Shown here in pieces: positions 1 to 15,500 of a stretch of DNA of 64,000 nt. The stretch comes from Haliotis rubra (lineage: Eukaryota), in assembly GCF_003918875.1 (NCBI RefSeq), contig NW_025767646.1, positions 1,736,001 through 1,800,000 on the forward strand. Direction: 5' to 3'. Every line of letters begins with the position of its first letter. Position 1 is the stretch's first letter. The notes under the pieces are model-generated. The model saw only the letters and a list, made by a program, of their open reading frames with translations. It was not told where the DNA came from and ran no database searches. The translations under genes were made by a program, and so were the position numbers.

Positions 1-500
1 TGTTTCCTATAAAAATAGCGTTGATGACATCGTATCAGTGAAACTGTTGTCGCTCTCAAGATCCGGGGATTTCGTATGGGTTTTCGACAATGAGCCATAC
101 TTTTCGCTCCGCAATGCAAGGGATTGTTGTGATCACTTGGCTTCCTATTTATATATTGCCTGTCACAAGCAGACGACTGACTGCTATTTTTTGTTCTTTA
201 GGCAACTTGGAGCTGAAGTGGTATTAACGATCTCGGGTAAATAATATTGATGTTTGTTTGCTTTTTATATAACTTAACTTCCGGATTTCAATTATCAATA
301 AAACTTCTCACGATAGTGACTGGGCATCCGCCCTGCCGATGAAACTGTTTGTGCACTCCGATCGTGCACGTACTCCCCCGATATAGCGCAAGCAATACAA
401 TCATCAAAATCACCAGAACGTCGAATTCAGTTCGCTTGTGGATATATATGGTAGTAGTGCCCCACACATCATAGGACAGTAAGCAAATCTCTACACTTAC

Positions 501-599
501 TCTGGCCATTCTCAATTTCAATAAAGATATCTTCTTGCTGTGGCAGGGCCTTTTTGGACAGTCTTTCTCCAAGGACAGTGTTGTTCTCCATACGTGCAA
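501..599 (-). CDS. DPP6/DPP10: DPP6/10-like exon (99 bp, phase 1/1), last exon in the window
   Basis: CAG/GTAAG; (I)[32 protein letters not shown], compare DPP4 LEDNSALDKML. Confidence 0.92.
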
Positions 600-3500
600 C
601 TGAAAATACATGCAGAGAAGTAAACAATTAACTGAAATTTACTTGAAGTCTACAGAATGAGTGAGTGAGTGAGTTTGGGTTTATGCCGATTTTAGTAATA
701 TTCCAGCAATATCATGGTGGGGTACACCAGAAATGGGCTTAACACATTGTACCCATGTTGGGAATCAAACCCGGGTCTTCAGCGTGACGAGCGAACGCTT
801 TAACCACTAGGCTACCCCACCACCCCTCAACAGAATGAAAGGTAGTGTCCTTACTGACGACATATCTTGGCAGCAAAGTGACGTTACCATCATGATATGT
901 GTGACAGTTTCAAGAAAAGAGACATCAGAAGATGACATATTCCCTGATGCAATTTGTAAATGGAGTTAGGCTACTTATGCCCCACATTCAACTGATTGCC
1001 ATTGGATACCTTCAGTTCAGTGAAGAGAGAAAATACTGCAGTTCTGTATTTATCAATACTCCCAAGCATCAAAAGGCACCACTTTACCACATGACTACTC
1101 TGTATACCAAGTTTCATCTAGAAATATTCTACTTTTTGTTATTACTTTTCCAGAAACGAACACTATACAATGTACTAATTTTCAGTAAAATCTACATTGT
1201 TGTCATGAAAATGAAAAATATGTTTTAGACAATATATATCCCAAATTATCAACACATGTTCACCACAAGACTGATCAGTGTGGCAAGTGTCAAGAGACAT
1301 ACCGGTATTCAACAGTAAGGGGGTTCTGCTTTGGAAATGGAAAACGAATGGAAGACAAATGGATGGACATTCTGATTGCTATATCCCTGTTTTTCAGTAG
1401 GCTGTATAATAAAGGAACTGATTCTCTCTATGCTGCAGACAGGCATGACTTACTCTCTTCCATGGTGCTGGTGTCGTACAGGGAGTAATACGGCACTCCT
1501 GGCCCTAGACACTCCAGGATGAAGTAGCGAGATGATCCACTGAAACTTGCACTCACGTACTGGCACTTGTCACTGATATCACATGTGATGCAGTTCACCT
1601 TACGATCATGGTCAACACTGGAACAAAAAATTGTTTAGCTCATTTCAGTGTTCTCATCAACAGCATTTAGTGTCCTGTTATCCGACATAAATAAAATCCT
1701 TAATTTTACTAATTAATTTCAAAGATACTAAAATATATATTCAATTTGAAAAATTCAACAAAAACAAAATAAATAAAAAAAAGAAAATTAATTAATTTTT
1801 AAAATTAAAAGAAAATTATAAAATCTTCATTTGACCTTTCCTAGATCTCAGCAGTAAAAGTTACTGTTCGTAACTCAGGTTTTCATACAAAGGTTAAAGG
1901 AATTAAATGCTTGTATTGAATGCTAATGAAATATAATTGTTAGAATTCACATGTGTTCCCTGTAGCCCAAGTTTGTTTGGACCACACAATCCAGTGACTG
2001 ACATTAGGAGCACTGAAGCTGGATACGATGACATACATCTGCAAAGTCTGAGAGCTTTTCTGAAGACCAATTCTAACCTAGATCTTCATGGGGTTTGTTT
2101 GTTGTTTAAAGCTGCACTCAGCAATATTCCAGCTATATGATGGCAGTCTGTAAATAATTGAATCTGAACCAGAAAATCCAGTGATTGACATCTTGAGCAT
2201 TGATCTTCGCAATTTGAACACGATGACCTGTGTCAACCAAGCCAGCAAGCCAGATAGTTGCCTCTTATGACAAACATTGGTTGCTGATTGTCATAGTTAC
2301 CTGTACACATGCTTCTTCTTGGGGTCCCCTCCATTTCCTAGGAAGTATCTGTGTTAGAAATACAACACTATTAGCAAGACATCAGGTGACAACTCCTTGT
2401 CCATGCAATTATATGGCAGAATCATTGCTTTTCCTTGAAATTTCAAACAATATGAATTTCACTAAGATAATGTGAAGTCATAATTTGGAAAGAATGGTAT
2501 TACATTCTCAAATGGACTTAATCTATCCAGGAGAAAACAGGAACATTAAGGAAGAAATTGTAATTAAGAAGTGTAAAAAGATTTTTGTTTGTTTATTGTT
2601 TAATGCTGCACTCAGCAATATTCCAGCTATATGGCAGCGGCCTGTATAAAACCAAGAGGTTGGGATGTATGGAAAAGCTTGTTTAAAATCTGATCACTGG
2701 TACCATAGAGCATATAGGACCTGTTTGACGTAGGTAATTTCTCTTAGAAACTTCTTTAAAAAATCAAGAGTGAATTATTGCTTGATCAATTGACCATTTC
2801 TCTGGGAACCGGTACTGATAACAAAGTTGTATGCAGCAGAATATTAGGTATATGGACGGGAGCTGATCAAGTCTGGTGTAGACAAACCCAGTGGTTGATA
2901 GTGTGAGCATGTACAGAGTAAACAGGCCTGGTCTTCAACCATATTGTTTTCATATTACAATGAGGCATCGTTATTGGTACATCATACTGCAGAGAGCTGA
3001 AATTACTAAACATTTGTGACGACGCAATAAACTTACAATGTTCCTTGTATTGTACTGATCTTAAAAAGTTGGACCTACCAAGGTTTTACTTCATTATAAC
3101 ACTAAACGATGACTTTCAATGCTAAAGTACTTACACCAGTTTCTGCTCGTTGTCATAGCTGAGGATCTTGGTGACCTCTGACTGGTCCAGAGTCAAGAAT
3201 ATCTTGCTGTCTCCAGCGTTACCTCCCTGTAAATATATGGTCTGCAGATGACTGAACAGTCTACAAGTGTTACAACTTCTATATTCAGACACAATAGGAA
3301 GCCTAAAGGTACAATGTGAAAACATCTACAGGCGTTCAAAAGTGAGGATTGTCTCCCCTTATATTATCAGTAAAGATATATTTGGATACTCTGAAGTAAA
3401 AACATACCTCAGTAATATTATTGTTGTTATTAATAACAACTTCTCTGTAGTTTTATTTTCCTTATAAGGGAGCAAGACATTGTTCCAAAAGTTTAAGGAG

Positions 3501-6500
3501 GAAAAAGTTCGAATTACAAAAGGCAAGTTTCATAATTTACAAGTTTAACCAGCTTCTAAATGCCAATCAAAGACTTCAACAAATATTTGTCTGATTTAAA
3601 GTTTGTTGTTTGCCAGTGAAATAACAGATACATCACGTACCCTGAACTCCACCATGGCGACATGTTTGAAGTAGCCAGCATCCTGGTCTCGCTGCTGCAG
3701 CACCCAGAAATACCGAGACCCGTCGGAGGAGAACACTGGAGGAGTGTACTGAAACAAAACACAGAATCACTCAGTAATAGGTCCATGTATTGGGCACTCG
3801 ACAAATTCATAGGTGGGTCTGGAACGATTGTTTTGTTTTTTGTTTATTGATGCACTTTGTGGTCATACCTTATCCATTTCACTTGATAACAATGTACCAT
3901 AATGAACTAAACACAGCATATGCATACATACAATATTCTATGTGTTTCTTTCCTTTTCTACCTCCATATATATAAATCATTGGTATATCAAATATGAGGT
4001 TAGGTGAGGTGAGGTGAAACTGGGTTTAACGTCATGCTTGAGAATATTTCGCTCACATGACAACGTGCATGCGTGTATATGTGTATGTGCGGCTACTTGT
4101 ACTAGCCCAGACTGAAGATGGTTTTATAGTGCTAGCCCACTGAGATACCATGCCGCAGTGAAGAATGAATACCCCACTCTGGCACATTATACTGACTCCG
4201 AGCCAACCAGTCCTTGATGTACCCATTAATGCCAAGAGCCAGGCAGGGACCAACAAGTACCATATTTTCACGTCTATTGGTATGACGCCATCGGGGATCG
4301 AACCCGCGACTTTCTGTTCTCCGGGCGGACGCTCTAACCACTACACCACCCAGGCGGTCTATATCAAATATGACACTATATGATACAACATATATATAAT
4401 ATATGACATACTCACCAGATCAAGCCATCCCCCGTGTCCCTCTTCTCTCAGGCTCTGAAACAATACAATACAATACAATACATAGTTAGCCCAATATCTT
4501 ACAGGTTGCTTTCATCACCTGATTTTCCAAAGTAATTTTGAGCATGGATAAAAGGAACTTGTTTTCATACAGTCGAACCAGTGAAAAGCAGCTTCATCCG
4601 TAGATTTTACAAACATAATTTACTTTCAGGATTGAAAAAGAACCAACATTACATTGTAAAATGAGTTCAACATTCCTGTTAGATGAGCGACTACAGCAGC
4701 ATTCACTGACCTCTTGACACTGAGCGTCCTTTGCACTGCACTTGGTGATGATGGAGAAGTTCTGGGGACGGTTCATCCAGCTCACCAGCAGAGTGTCGTC
4801 ATCCTTCCAGGTCACAGTAGTGAAGTAGTACTCTCTGGAAACACAGTTGATGAGCATGTACTATAATCATTGCCTAAAGTGCAGCAGCTCTGAGAACAGA
4901 GTTAATTTAAATCCCAAACCCCCACGATTGTGTTTCTAGATTTGCCAACACCATACCCATGATCGTGTAAGGAGGGGTGGTGGGGTAGCCTAGTGGTTAC
5001 AGCGTTCGCTCGTCACGCCAGAGACCCCGGGTTTCATTCCCCACATGGGTACAATGTGTGAAGCCCATTTCAGGTGTCCCCTGCCATGATATTGCTGGAA
5101 TATTGCTAAAAGTGGTGTAAAACCATACTCACTCACTTGTTTAAGTGAACTTCAATATTGACAGCAGCTTCCAGCTTGAAACTAAACTCACTCACTCATT
5201 CACTCACTCACTCACTCTTGTAAGGAAGATAACAATGGTGTTAGAACCTTTACCGAAAGATTGCTCTCACTGTTAAAAAGAGGTTGTTATCCATGAATTG
5301 TTATCCCTCCTTACTGCTCCAAAGTCTAAATACCTCTTTAAAGAAGCCATGATCATGCTCTCACTGTCATAAAGAGGTTGCTCATCCATATATTGTTATC
5401 CTTCCTTACTGCTCCAACTGCCTCTCAAAGAAGCCATGATTGTGTGTTTCATAAAAGCGGGAAATGTCTCTGACCGGCATCAAAGTGATATACCATGATA
5501 TAACAGAAATACTGTTCACAACATGTACACACATTGTCTTGATACCTACACCACACACTCAAATGTCAGTAAATGTCACGTAATAATTTCAGGATTGTTG
5601 AAGCATAACCTGTAATCAAACTAGCATTAAAATGGTTTATATATCTATGATATGCAAACAAAACAAACAAACTCACATGTTTCTGAAATCCGGAGGTGGC
5701 TGGATTGTCTTGATTGTTTTCGTCTCGATGTTTATAATCTTGAGCTTGAATGTGGGATTTGGGAACCCAGGCTGTGGAACATTAAGCTTGATTAATTTAG
5801 GCTGATAATGAGTGATCCTCAGTTTTCTACACGTTTGTGAAGATGATCAAGATTTTGAACATAAAGACCAAATTACTGTCATCCGTCGCAATAACGCACT
5901 TTGCAATACCACAGTCATCCATGGACCACAAGATCTGTGCTATGACGAGGGATGACTGTATGTGTTTTACCCCAGAGGTGCTCTCTCATTGTTACACTCT
6001 CACAATTTGACTTGGAAAGAATATGACATGAAAAAATGAATGACTGAAGCTGCTTTCTCATATCCAGTTGTGTTTATCAATCTAGATTTCCTGGGCACAT
6101 AGCACAAATATAGTGGGGTGTCAGTGTCAACATGCTTGTGTACTATCCATGACCTTTCCGAGTCTCTGGGATCTGAACCATGGACCTTCTGATCCAAGGT
6201 CAGCCATCTGTCAGGGTAAGGATGCCATCTGTATGATGACTCTGTGTACAGCTACACTTGCATTAAAAAGTATTCAAGTAGTGGACCACTGACATTCGAC
6301 ATTATCAAGATTCAGAGTCCAAAATAAGAACACATATACACCAATTGAAAGCATACACTGTCTTGAGGAATTAGTAATGAAATATTAACATCTGGGAATT
6401 CTGGTCGGCCAGTGCTCCACAGAGAAAAGAACTTGAGTCTAGTCGAGCTCACTGGAAGATCCAGCAGGAATATCAGACAACACACATGAAGAGGTCATGT

Positions 6501-9500
6501 TTACTACCGGTATATAGTTACATACCTTTGGATATGCAATTGTCCTGGACTCGCCATAGGCGCTGTTCATGTCACCGTAGATGGGGAAGTAGTAATTCGG
6601 GACTTCGGTGTCATTGAAGACAGCATAACAGAGGTAGGTGCCATTAGCTGACCACCAGACGGCGTTATCAGCACCGAGGATTTCCTCTGGATAAACAAAT
6701 GAATATATCAGTATTTGCATGTCTAAGTCCAAGTCCACACCTGATCAATGTTGATGATGACAAGGTGTTCAATACTTCAATCACCTTAAAATATGCAAGC
6801 CATGTAATTAGGAAAGGACACCAAGGAAAGGACCAAGCCTGATGATGTGTTCAATACTGTAATGTCTTTTAAAGACAAACTCCACAAAAGATACCCTTGA
6901 AGATCCAGGTTAGAATTGGTCTTCAGTAACGCCTGCTTGTGTAAGAGGCCACTACTGGTACCAGGTGGTCAGGCTCACTCACTTGGTTGACACATGTCAT
7001 CATATCGCAATTGCGTAGAACGATGCTTATGAAGTTGATCACTGGATTGTCATGTCCAGACCCAATTATTTACCGACTGCCACCATATAGCTGGAATACT
7101 GCTAAGTGCGGCATTAAACAACAAACCATCGAAACCAATCCACAAAGGATACTCTAAGGAGGGGTCCAAGGTCCTACCTTCATACACCCAGTCCGGAACA
7201 CCATTGTAGATGAGGCCTGGGATCCCATCATCCACCAGGGGTATAGGGCTTGTTTCAATATCTGACTTGTAGTAGATGTTGTTTTCCAGGATCATCAGCT
7301 GAAACAGAGAAGCATGAACTTGTCATCCTTTGTGATGACTGAGGTATAAGCTCACACCAAGCCTCCACATGACTACATTATTATTTTCACCAGCAGCCTT
7401 CACAACCATCAACAACATGTTGAGTTAATAATACCAGTTTTAATAAAAAAGCGTATGGCTGACAAAATACTGATTACGATCCTGCTGATGCCATAAGGTA
7501 ATATGATGTTTGTTTCGTTGTTACATTGCAAAATTGGGCAATATTCCAGCAATTTTACAGCCGCCTGTAAATAATAAGAAAATCTTGAGGTAATGTTAGC
7601 TTCAATCAGGAAGCTAATGCCACTAAAACCAAACTAATCAATATCATTTCAAGAAATATATCAAAATAACCCAAACATATAAATACATTCACTTGACATT
7701 CAAGTCCCCTTCCCAGAATGCAAAGACTGTCGAGTGTGAGAATTCTGGCAACAAGTGAAAGTGTAAACATAAGCCCAGTTCATGATATCCTGAAGATTTC
7801 AATAATGCTTGTCATTATGTTACATACAAACTAGTCCATATAGGTCTTGACAGTTTAGTTGGTGCAATATACATGTTGGATTTATTGACCATGTTAATTT
7901 AAAACAGCTACTGAGAGACGACCAGATATTTGCTGGACTCTGTATCACACAGGTTGAGATACTTTGACTAACTGAATTTGACATCAGCTGTAAGGTTACC
8001 AAGAGACACTTAACTCACTTACCAGGCTATGTCCTCTTGGAGCCCACGCCACATACTGGTACCTACTGCCTGGGCCAGGGCCCTTGAGCTTCAGCAGGTC
8101 TCTGAAACAGACACAACTTGGATGTCATTCACTTCTTTAACCACTCCATTGCTCTTCAGGAATAAACACTTCGTTGTCAGTTATACATCGTCTAGAACCA
8201 GTATTTTAATTAGTTTACACTTTGAATTCATTAAGATTTCATTATTTTATTTTGACACTCAAGTTAATTATTTAAAATAAAGTTGAAAAACATGTGTCAC
8301 CAGTTTGGTTCAACACTTCTATTATGTGACCTGAGGTGTAAAATGGACATAGACTATGGCCACACATGACAATGTGGAGAGAAAATGACTATGGAATATT
8401 GTAAATATTTGTATAATCTTTAAGGGCTTAGAAAACCTCATGATGGACATGAGGTACTGGGACATCTAATGATGGACATGGGGTACTGGGACATCTAATG
8501 ATGGACATGGGGTACTGGGACATCTAATGATGGACATGAGGTATCTAATGATGGACACATCTAATGATGGACATGAGGTACTGGGACATCTAATGATGGA
8601 CATGGGGTACTGGGACATCTAATGATGGACATGGGGTACTGGGACATCTAATGATGGACATGGGGTACTGGGACATCTAATGATGGACATGGGGTACTGG
8701 GACATCTAATGATGGACATGGGGTACTGGGACATCTAATGATGGACATGGGGTACTGGGACATCTAATGATTGACATGAGGTACTGGGACATCTAATGAT
8801 GGATGGACATGGACATAGGGTACTGGGACATCTAATGATGGACATGGGGTACTGGGACATCTAATGATGGACATGGGGGTACTGGGACATCTAATGATGG
8901 ACATGGGGTACTGGGACATCTGGACATGGGAGTACCTAGGACATCTAATGGACTGGACATGGACATGAGGTACTGGGACATCTAATGATGGACATGAGGT
9001 ACTAGGACATCTAATGTGGACATGACTGGGACATCTAATGATGGAATGTACTGGACATCTAATGATGGACATGGGGTACTAGGACATCTAATGATGGACA
9101 TGGGGTACTGGGACATCTAATGATGGACAAGTCTAGGACATCTAATGATGGACATGGGGTACTGGGACATCTAATGATGGACATGAGGTACTGGGACATC
9201 TAATGATGGACATCATCTAATGATGGACATGAGGTACTGGGACATCTAATGGATGGACATGAGGTACTGGGACATCTAATGATGGACATGAGGTACTGGG
9301 ACATCTAATGATGGACATGGGGTACTGGGACATCTAATGATGGACATGGGGTACTGGGACATCTAATGATGGACATGAGGTACTGGGACATCTAATGATG
9401 GACATGAGGGGACATCTAATGATGGACATGGGGTACTGGGACATCTAATGATGGACATGGTACTGGGACATCTAATGATGGGGACATCTAATGATGGACT

Positions 9501-12500
9501 GGGGACATCTAATGATGGACATGGGGTACTGGGACATCTAATGATGGACATGAGGTACTGGGACATCTAATGATGGACATGAGGTACTGGGACATCTAAT
9601 GATGGACACATGAGGTACTGGGACATCTAATGATGGACATGGTACTGGGACATCTAATGTATGGACATCTAATGAGGTACTGGGACATCTAATGATGGAC
9701 ATGGGGTACTGGGACATCTAATGATAATGATGGACATGGGGTACTGGGACATCTAAATGATGGACATATGGACAGGTACTGGGACATCTAATGATGGACA
9801 TGAGGTACTGGGACATCTAATGATGGACATGAGAGTACTGGGACATCTAATGATGGACATGAGGTACTGACATCTAATGGTACATGGGTACTGGGACATC
9901 TAATGATGGACATGACATGAGGGTACTGGGACATCTAATGATGGACATGAGGTACTGGGACATCTAATGATGGACATGAGGTACTGGGACATCTAATGAT
10001 GGACACGAGGTACTGGGACATCTAATGATGGACATGGGGTACTGGGACATCTAATGATGGACATGAGGTACTGGGACATCTAATGATGGAGGTACTGGGA
10101 CATCTAATGATGATGGACATGAGGTACTGGGACATCTAATGATGGGACATCTAATGATTGGACACTGGGACTAATGATGGACATGAGGTACTGGGACATC
10201 TAATGATGGACATGAGGTACTGGGACATCTAATGATGGACATGAGGTACTGGGACATCTAATGATGGACATGAGGTACTGGGACATCTAATGATGGACAT
10301 GAGGTACTGGGACATCTAATGATGGACATGAGGTACTGGGACATGATGGACATCTAATGGGTACTGGGACATCTAATGGACATCTAATGATGGACATGAG
10401 GTACTGGGACATCTAATGATGGACATGAGGGGGTAATGGGACATGGGACATCTAATGATGGACATGAGGTACTGGGACATCTAATGATGGACATGAGGTA
10501 CTGGGACATCTAATGATGGACATGAGGTACTGGGACATCTAATGATGGACATGGATACTAGGGATGTTGTTCATAACTGAAAAGGTACTAGACCTTGCAT
10601 GACAAACAAAAGGTATTTGGGACCTCATCCTGAAGACAAGACGGATTTTCTGGTCACATGTATATTGAAGATCATAAGTGGTCAAGCTTTAACCACTAGG
10701 CTACAGTTAAACTACATAGTGAACTCACCGAGTGTTGACATCATACACACTATAGGAGGCTAGTGTTGAGTGGCGGTACACCTGAAGTGAATAATGACAG
10801 AAATACACCACGCTGATATCAACTTAGTAGAATTCAATGGTACTGTATTTCTGACAAATATAACTATAAGAAATTTAACTGACTCAAACACACTAGAATT
10901 AAAAAGCATGAAACAGTTTATGGAAACATGAAAACATAATGTTTTTTGGATGAACACTGCCGGTGGTTTCCAACAAAACTTACAAAAATTATTAGTTTCA
11001 AATCATCTTCAAGGCATGTAATGAGCAGGTGCTTTTCCAAAATCCTGTTGAATTGACATTATCCATGTCAAGAAATTTCTAAAACAATGACAACATTTTG
11101 AAGTTCTTCCAGAACTAAAATATTTTTTTGACAAACCAAGGCAATTACATTAGTCTAAACTAACAACTGCTGGTAAATGATTCTGTTTATGAACCCATGC
11201 TACTTAGAATAACGCCTTGGTGTAATTTACAATCAAATTTCTTGAGTACTCACAGGTTCAACATCAGCTTTCAATAGAACATATTTCTTGTCTGGAGAGA
11301 GGGAGTATTGCCCAGTATCCAGCTGCCTCTGTGAACCAAAGTCAATACTTTGTAAACATGATAACTAGCATTTCTACATATGCATGAAATATGCATCTTT
11401 TATGCCTTTGTACTGTGTTACCATGGAGATATTCAGGCAGATTACTTAGATTTATCCACTGTTGCTGATAGGCACAATGGTTTAAATAGGTCCATGAAGA
11501 TGGGTGTGGTGTATTGTTCATTTTATAGTGCTATATTGAATATAGTGAATCTGTGGCTCACTTCCACTCTTACCTTTATTTGAAGTGCATGACAGAGAAC
11601 TAATATGTCTATGACAGGTGCCCTAGTACTCGTATATCTTTGACAGGTGCCAAAGTACTAGTATATCTTTGACAGGTGTCCAAGTACTCATATATCTTTG
11701 ATAGGTGCCCAAGTACTAGTATATCTTTGACAGGTGCCAAAGTACTTGTATATCTTTGATAGGTGCCCAAGTACTAGTATATCTTTGACAGGTGCCCTAG
11801 TACTTGTATATCTTTGACAGGTGCCCTATTACTAGTATATCTTTGACAGGTGCCCTAGTACTAGTATATCTTTGATAGGTGCCCTAGTACTAGTATATCT
11901 TTGACAGGTGCCCTATTACTAGTATATCTTAGACAGGTGCCCTATTACTAGTATATCTTTGACAGGTGCCCTAGTACTAGTATATCTTTGATAGGTGCCC
12001 TAGTACTAGTATATCTTTGACAGGTGCCCTATTACTAGTATATCTTTGACAGGTGCCCTATTACTAGTATATCTTTGACAGGTGCCCTAGTACTAGTATA
12101 TCTTTGATAGGTGCCCTAGTACTAGTATATCTTTGACAGGTGCCAAAGTACTTGTATATCTTTGACAGGTGCCCTATTACTAGTATATCTTTGACAGGTG
12201 CCCTAGTACTAGTATATCTTTGACAGGTGCCCTAGTACTAGTATATCTTTGACAGGTGCCCTAGTACTAGTATATCTTTGACAGGTGCCCTAGTACTAGT
12301 ATATCTTTGACAGGTGCCCTAGTACTAGTATATCTTTGACAGGTGCCCTATTACTAGTATATCTTTGACAGGTGCCCTAGTACTAGTACTAGTATATCTT
12401 TGACAGGTGCCCTAGTACTAGTATATCTTTGACAGGTGCCCTATTACTAGTATATCTTTGACAGGTGCCCTAGTACTAGTATATCTTTGACAGGTGCCCT

Positions 12501-15500
12501 AGTACTAGTATATCTTTGACAGGTGCCCTTATATCTTTGACAGGTGCCCTAGTACTAGTATATCTTTGACAGGTGCCCTAGTACTAGTATATCTTTTTGC
12601 CCAGGTGCCCTAGTGCCCTACTAGTATATCTTTGACAGGTGCCCTAGTACTAGTATATCTTTGACAGGTGCCCTATTACTAGTATATCTTTGACAGGTGC
12701 CCTAGTACTAGTATATCTTTGACAGGTGCCCTAGTACTAGTATATCTTTGATAGGTGCCCTAGTACTAGTATATCTTTGACAGGTGCCCTATTACTAGTA
12801 TATCTTTGACAGGTGCCAAAGTACTTGTATATCTTTGACAGGTGCCCTAGTACTAGTATATCTTTGACAGGTGCCAAAGTACTAGTATATCTTTGACAGG
12901 TGCCCTGGTAGTACTAGATCAGTATCTGAGACAGGTGCCCTAGTACTACTGTATCTGTGACAAGACTCTATTACTACCGTATCTCCTACAGGGGCCCCAG
13001 TACTATTGTATCTGTGACAGGTGCCCTATTGTATCTGTGACTGATGCCCTAGTACTACTGTATCTGTGACAAGACTCTATTACTACCGTATCTCCTACAG
13101 GGACCCCAGTACTATTGTATCTGTGACAGGTGCCCCAGTACTATTGTATCTGTGACAGGTGCCCTTGTTCTACTATGTACTACTTACAAATGTAGTGTTG
13201 TCCATGAGCGGGTTGGAGGAGTTTTTGACACAGTCAAACTCAGCCAGTGCTCCCTCCACATTCCTGTAGATAAACTTGTCCTCTCCTGAAACAAACACCC
13301 ATTGTCAGTACACACTGCTGGAGAGATAAGTACACAAACAAACAGTGGTCCTGAAATGTACCATGCACACATTTCAAGATTTCCAGTGAATCTGAAGCTT
13401 CAAAGCAACTACAGCATTTAGGTTTACAAAAATGTGATTTACAGATTCACAGAACACAGATCATCCAACCATTATCAAGAGTGAGTGAGTTTGGTTTTAC
13501 GCTGCTTTTAGCAATATTCCAGCAATATCACAGGGGGGGCACACCAGAAATGTGCTTCACACATTGTATCCATGTGGGGAATCGAACCCAGGTCTTCCAC
13601 ATAACAAGCAAATACTTTAACAACTAGGCTACCCAACCACCCCAATTTTCAAGAGAATATAGAATTTAGGTATGAGAAAGAACAGTGAAGGGACGCACAA
13701 ATGTCTTTTTTTCTGTAAACAAAGTATATGGTTGTTTCAAATGATCCTCAATCCTCTATATAACACATAGCTGTCTTCACAACTGTCTCCAAATTGCTTC
13801 TTGAATGCAACCATTTGATTCATAAAAACCTTATTCTTTGATCGCCTCTGCTTTATCAATAGATTCACTCCCCCAGCTATTGATCGCTGAAGAGCTGGAT
13901 GGATTGAAAACAACATTTACTATAAATATTCTCAAGCATCCTCCACATCTATAGTTGCTGACGCACAATCAAATATTCTCACAATATTTCTATTAATATA
14001 CATCCTTTTTCATGAAACGATTACTGAATTTATCGTTTCAATGGTTCTGTAGAAACATTGACGTCTTTATAGCTGTGTATAAAGAATGCTGAAGTCTGAC
14101 ATTCAGTGAATTGATCGGCAAGGCTGTTTTGTGACATTCAACAAAACACACATCGTAAAAAAAATGTTTAGCAGCAAGGTTTCTCAATGCTACCACAAAA
14201 GATTACATTATACATCTCATTTTTGTATTGGTGAAGATCAATCAAATATATAAACCAGAAAATTACAATACCTGTCTATGGGAACCAGTTTGACAAGTGT
14301 GTGAGTTCAACTCACGTCAGTTTTAACAGTATAGTTATATAGGTTGTATCCCAGCATGCCATTTTGATGTGGGAAGAAAGCCTGGATTGATGCAGCTCTC
14401 AGATTCTTACAACTTTGTTTATGCCATGAGAATCGTAGACTAATGTTTAGTCTCTGATTATATATATTTTTGATAGAAACAAACAATTCCTTATAAATTG
14501 AAAAGGAACCCTAAAGGAGCAGCGAGATTCAGAACCTGAGGAAATTTGCTTGCTTCATTAAGGGCTTTTTGACCGCCTCCGTGGTGTAGTGGTTAGAGAG
14601 TCTGCCTGGAGAGTGGAAGGTCGCGGGTTCGATCCCTGGCCGCGTCATACCAAAAGATGTTAAAATATGGTGCTTGTTGGTCCCTGCCTGGCGCTCGGCA
14701 TTAATGGGTACAACAAGGACTTGTCGGCTCGGAGTCAGTATAATGTGTCTGAGTGGGGCATTTATGCTTAATTGCGGCATGGTATCTCAGTGTGCTAGCA
14801 TCATAAAACTAGCTTAAGTCTGGGCTAGTACAAGCAGCCACACATACACATGCATGCACATCGTCATATGAGCGAAATATTCTTAAATGAGACGTTAACC
14901 ACATTTCACCTCTCCTCATTTAGGGCTTTAGCATTGCAGGAAGGTCTGGGTGGACAGGACAATAATGTGTTTCATTGACTGTGAGACAGACGATGAGCAC
15001 AGGTATGGTGCTGACAAAGTGAAGAGAGGCAACTCTGTACAACATATTGCCGTCAGCGACCCGTGCATCCTATGGCAAATACTCATCGTTATAGAAACCA
15101 TTTACACATATTCTTCATANNNNNNNNNNNNNNNNNNNNNNNNNNNNNNNNNNNNNNNNNNNNNNNNNNNNNNNNNNNNNNNNNNNNNNNNNNNNNNNNN
15201 NNNNNNNNNNNNNNNNNNNNNNNNNNNNNNNNNNNNNNNNNNNNNNNNNNNNNNNNNNNNNNNNNNNNNNNNNNNNNNNNNNNNNNNNNNNCAAAATTAA
15301 CTTTTCATGGCCATGATGGACAGGTGCTACCTGAACATATTCTGAGTGGTATATTTAATATATCCTTGATAAATCCAGATATCACAAATTTCATACTTGC
15401 CTTGGACCTTTGTGAAGGTCTGACTGAGCTTAATACAGATTTGAATTTCAATATATTTCAATGTATGAAAATTTGGTGAATGTTTACCCATGAACTTCAG

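Noticed and set aside
4280-4359. tRNA genes in SINE heads (also 14571, 33149, 63247 and others)
   Set aside because: A/B boxes are present but there is no complete acceptor stem; they continue into SINE bodies and are bounded by TSDs.
8764-9566. Repetitive ORFs ([15 protein letters not shown])
   Set aside because: They are translations of the minisatellite.
8439-13165. 29-bp repeats as CRISPR arrays
   Set aside because: Units are head-to-tail with no unique spacers, there are no cas genes, and the context is a eukaryotic intron.
14950-15479. Long ORFs spanning Ns (also 57722-58060)
   Set aside because: Artefacts of assembly gaps.
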